64,000 nucleotides of DNA from Hypanus sabinus (Eukaryota), in assembly GCF_030144855.1 (NCBI RefSeq), contig NC_082722.1, positions 26,474,001 to 26,538,000 of the forward strand. The letters are read 5' to 3'. This document shows positions 62,325 to 64,000 of the stretch, piece after piece. Numbering within the stretch: the stretch's first letter is position 1; every line of letters begins with the position of its first letter. The notes under the pieces were generated by a model. That model made no database searches. It was not told where the DNA came from and worked only from the letters and a program-made list of their open reading frames with translations. The position numbers and the translations under genes are program-made.

Positions 62325-62640
62325 TATCTGGTGTGCGTGAGTTGAGTGTGGAAGAACGCAAATGCCTTAGATTTTGTAAATTTAGAGTCCACGCGAACTC
62401 AGGAAGCAACTGTAGAAGATGCCAGATTAAGGTGAATTGCATGGATAAAGCTTCCCAGATGACTTTTCTCTCCACCGAATGTGCCAAACTAATCGGTTAT
62501 TTCCAAAACGTTCTACATTTATTTTCTGCTGTGTTTTTCAACTTGTGTTGATTATGTGGTGAGACGTATCACCGCAGAACTCATTAGTAACATTGGCAAG
62601 ATATCAGAACAATATTATATGCAGCAACTCTCTGTATTAG
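62325..62640 (+). pseudogene. Second degenerate V-set relic
   Basis: LSVEERKCLRFCKF, KVNC (TGC, one change from TGG), GETYHR and a frameshifted QLSVL end. It shares gcgaa(t/c)tca with the relic at 61810. Confidence 0.33.
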
Positions 62641-64000
62641 AGATCATAGAATATTTCGATTTTTTTTATATAACGAGGCCATGTACATTACAAGAGTTTA
62701 CCATTATAGATGTTATCTAGGGCGTTGGGGTGTATTAATGACCCGCAGATATAAAATGGAGAAGTAACTTAAGATTATCTTGATATTAGCGGGAATTCAA
62801 ATGCTATGCTTATTATTTCACAACTGCAGATTTTTAACAGATTTTCGAAGGATAGAAAATTTGGCATATTTTATTCACATATCAGCCTGTATGCAAGCAT
62901 TTAAAACAGGGAGAATAATCAAAATTATTTGCTTCACAAATAAAAACAATCGCTATTCCAATACAGAAACTCACGAAGGCGGTTACTTATTTTCTATTTT
63001 TCTTCAAATTCTGACCATTCCCACAGAGCTAACGTTCCAAATTCTACGTCTTTTAACAAACATCAAAAGAAGTAACTGAATTGTTTTCTGATCACTGCTA
63101 AAGAAAAATGATTTTAAGTTCTCTGATAGAGAAGCTTAAAGATAATGCATGCTGTATCAAATGCCCGTATTTTTTTATTCAGAAGCATAGCTTCTTTGGA
63201 GATATGAGGGAGAAATAAATTGTCTACAGGAAATATCACCTTGGATGCTTGCAGTACTCCGGAGGTTCACCGGAGTTCACAACTGAACAGAAAGGAAAGA
63301 AGTAAAACAGAAATTATCTGGAAATAGTTGACAAACAGAGAGAGAACAAATGAAAAAAAAAAGTAGTGATTAGCACGATGCGAAAATGAAGGTAAAGACA
63401 AAAGGGTTCAAGAAAACATTGCACTGCTTCGGTTTCTTCAAATATCAACCTGTTGTTGCTCTAGCGATTAAATGATATGAGTGAGTCGTCGAACCGAATT
63501 GTATTGGGTTTACTTCAAACAATGCTGTGAAACATACAAGTTGAGTAGTGGAATTCTACAGAAACGTTCAAGTATAAGTTGTTTATATTTGCAATGCATT
63601 TGTTGATTCGAAGCCATATGTTCCTTTGTGTTTTATGTTACAAAATAAATCACAAAATTAACTTTGATTTAAATGATAAATATTTCTATTTCAAAGCTTC
63701 TCCCTCGATCTGATTATCTGGCACCTTGCCCAGTATTAACAAAAAAACATGCCAATGTGTTGCGTTCTGCATCATGTGTGGGAACTGCAAAAATAAAATG
63801 CATGGCTTTTATAATATTGTGAATCTGAATTGAAATTAAGAAAATAACATTTTTAATCATCGCTATTCAATGATCAATGAGAAGGAAATGATTTCCTCCA
63901 ACTAAATGCTCCGTAGCCGTTTTTGCATCATTATGACGAACAGAAGTGAAGTAAATCAATTCCGAGTTGATTCTTACTGCCATCCAGGTACCCTATATAG

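Noticed and set aside
62312-62551. Cys-rich ORF as a Ly6/three-finger or zinc-finger protein
   Set aside because: The Cys spacing does not fit those families and the exon structure is unsupported. A decayed V domain explains it better.

Overview
This is vertebrate genomic DNA. The CR1, Penelope and HE1-type repeats suggest a cartilaginous fish, probably a batoid (inference). The window is repeat-dense and has one 168-N gap (21588-21755). The main content is a tandem cluster of non-rearranging, antigen-receptor-like IgSF genes on the + strand. One gene looks intact (33307-41675; six coding exons: leader, V with a germline J-like G strand, C1, TM, Cyt1, Cyt2). It has canonical GT-AG sites and phase-compatible junctions, and encodes 312 aa with an ITIM-consensus SVYANV. 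A homologous pseudogene lies at about 5.6-15.9 kb. A dead duplicate of the terminal exon is at 42.4 kb, and weaker exon and V-domain relics occur at 50-63 kb. Intergenic blocks at about 15.6-32.4 kb and 42.3-49.1 kb are old segmental duplicates. The rest is Gypsy LTR pieces, CR1, L1, Rex/Babar, Penelope and SINE fragments. All calls were made by eye. Exon coordinates were counted by hand and repeat boundaries are approximate (about +/-50 bp unless a TSD or terminus is quoted). There is no CRISPR array, rRNA or true tRNA gene.
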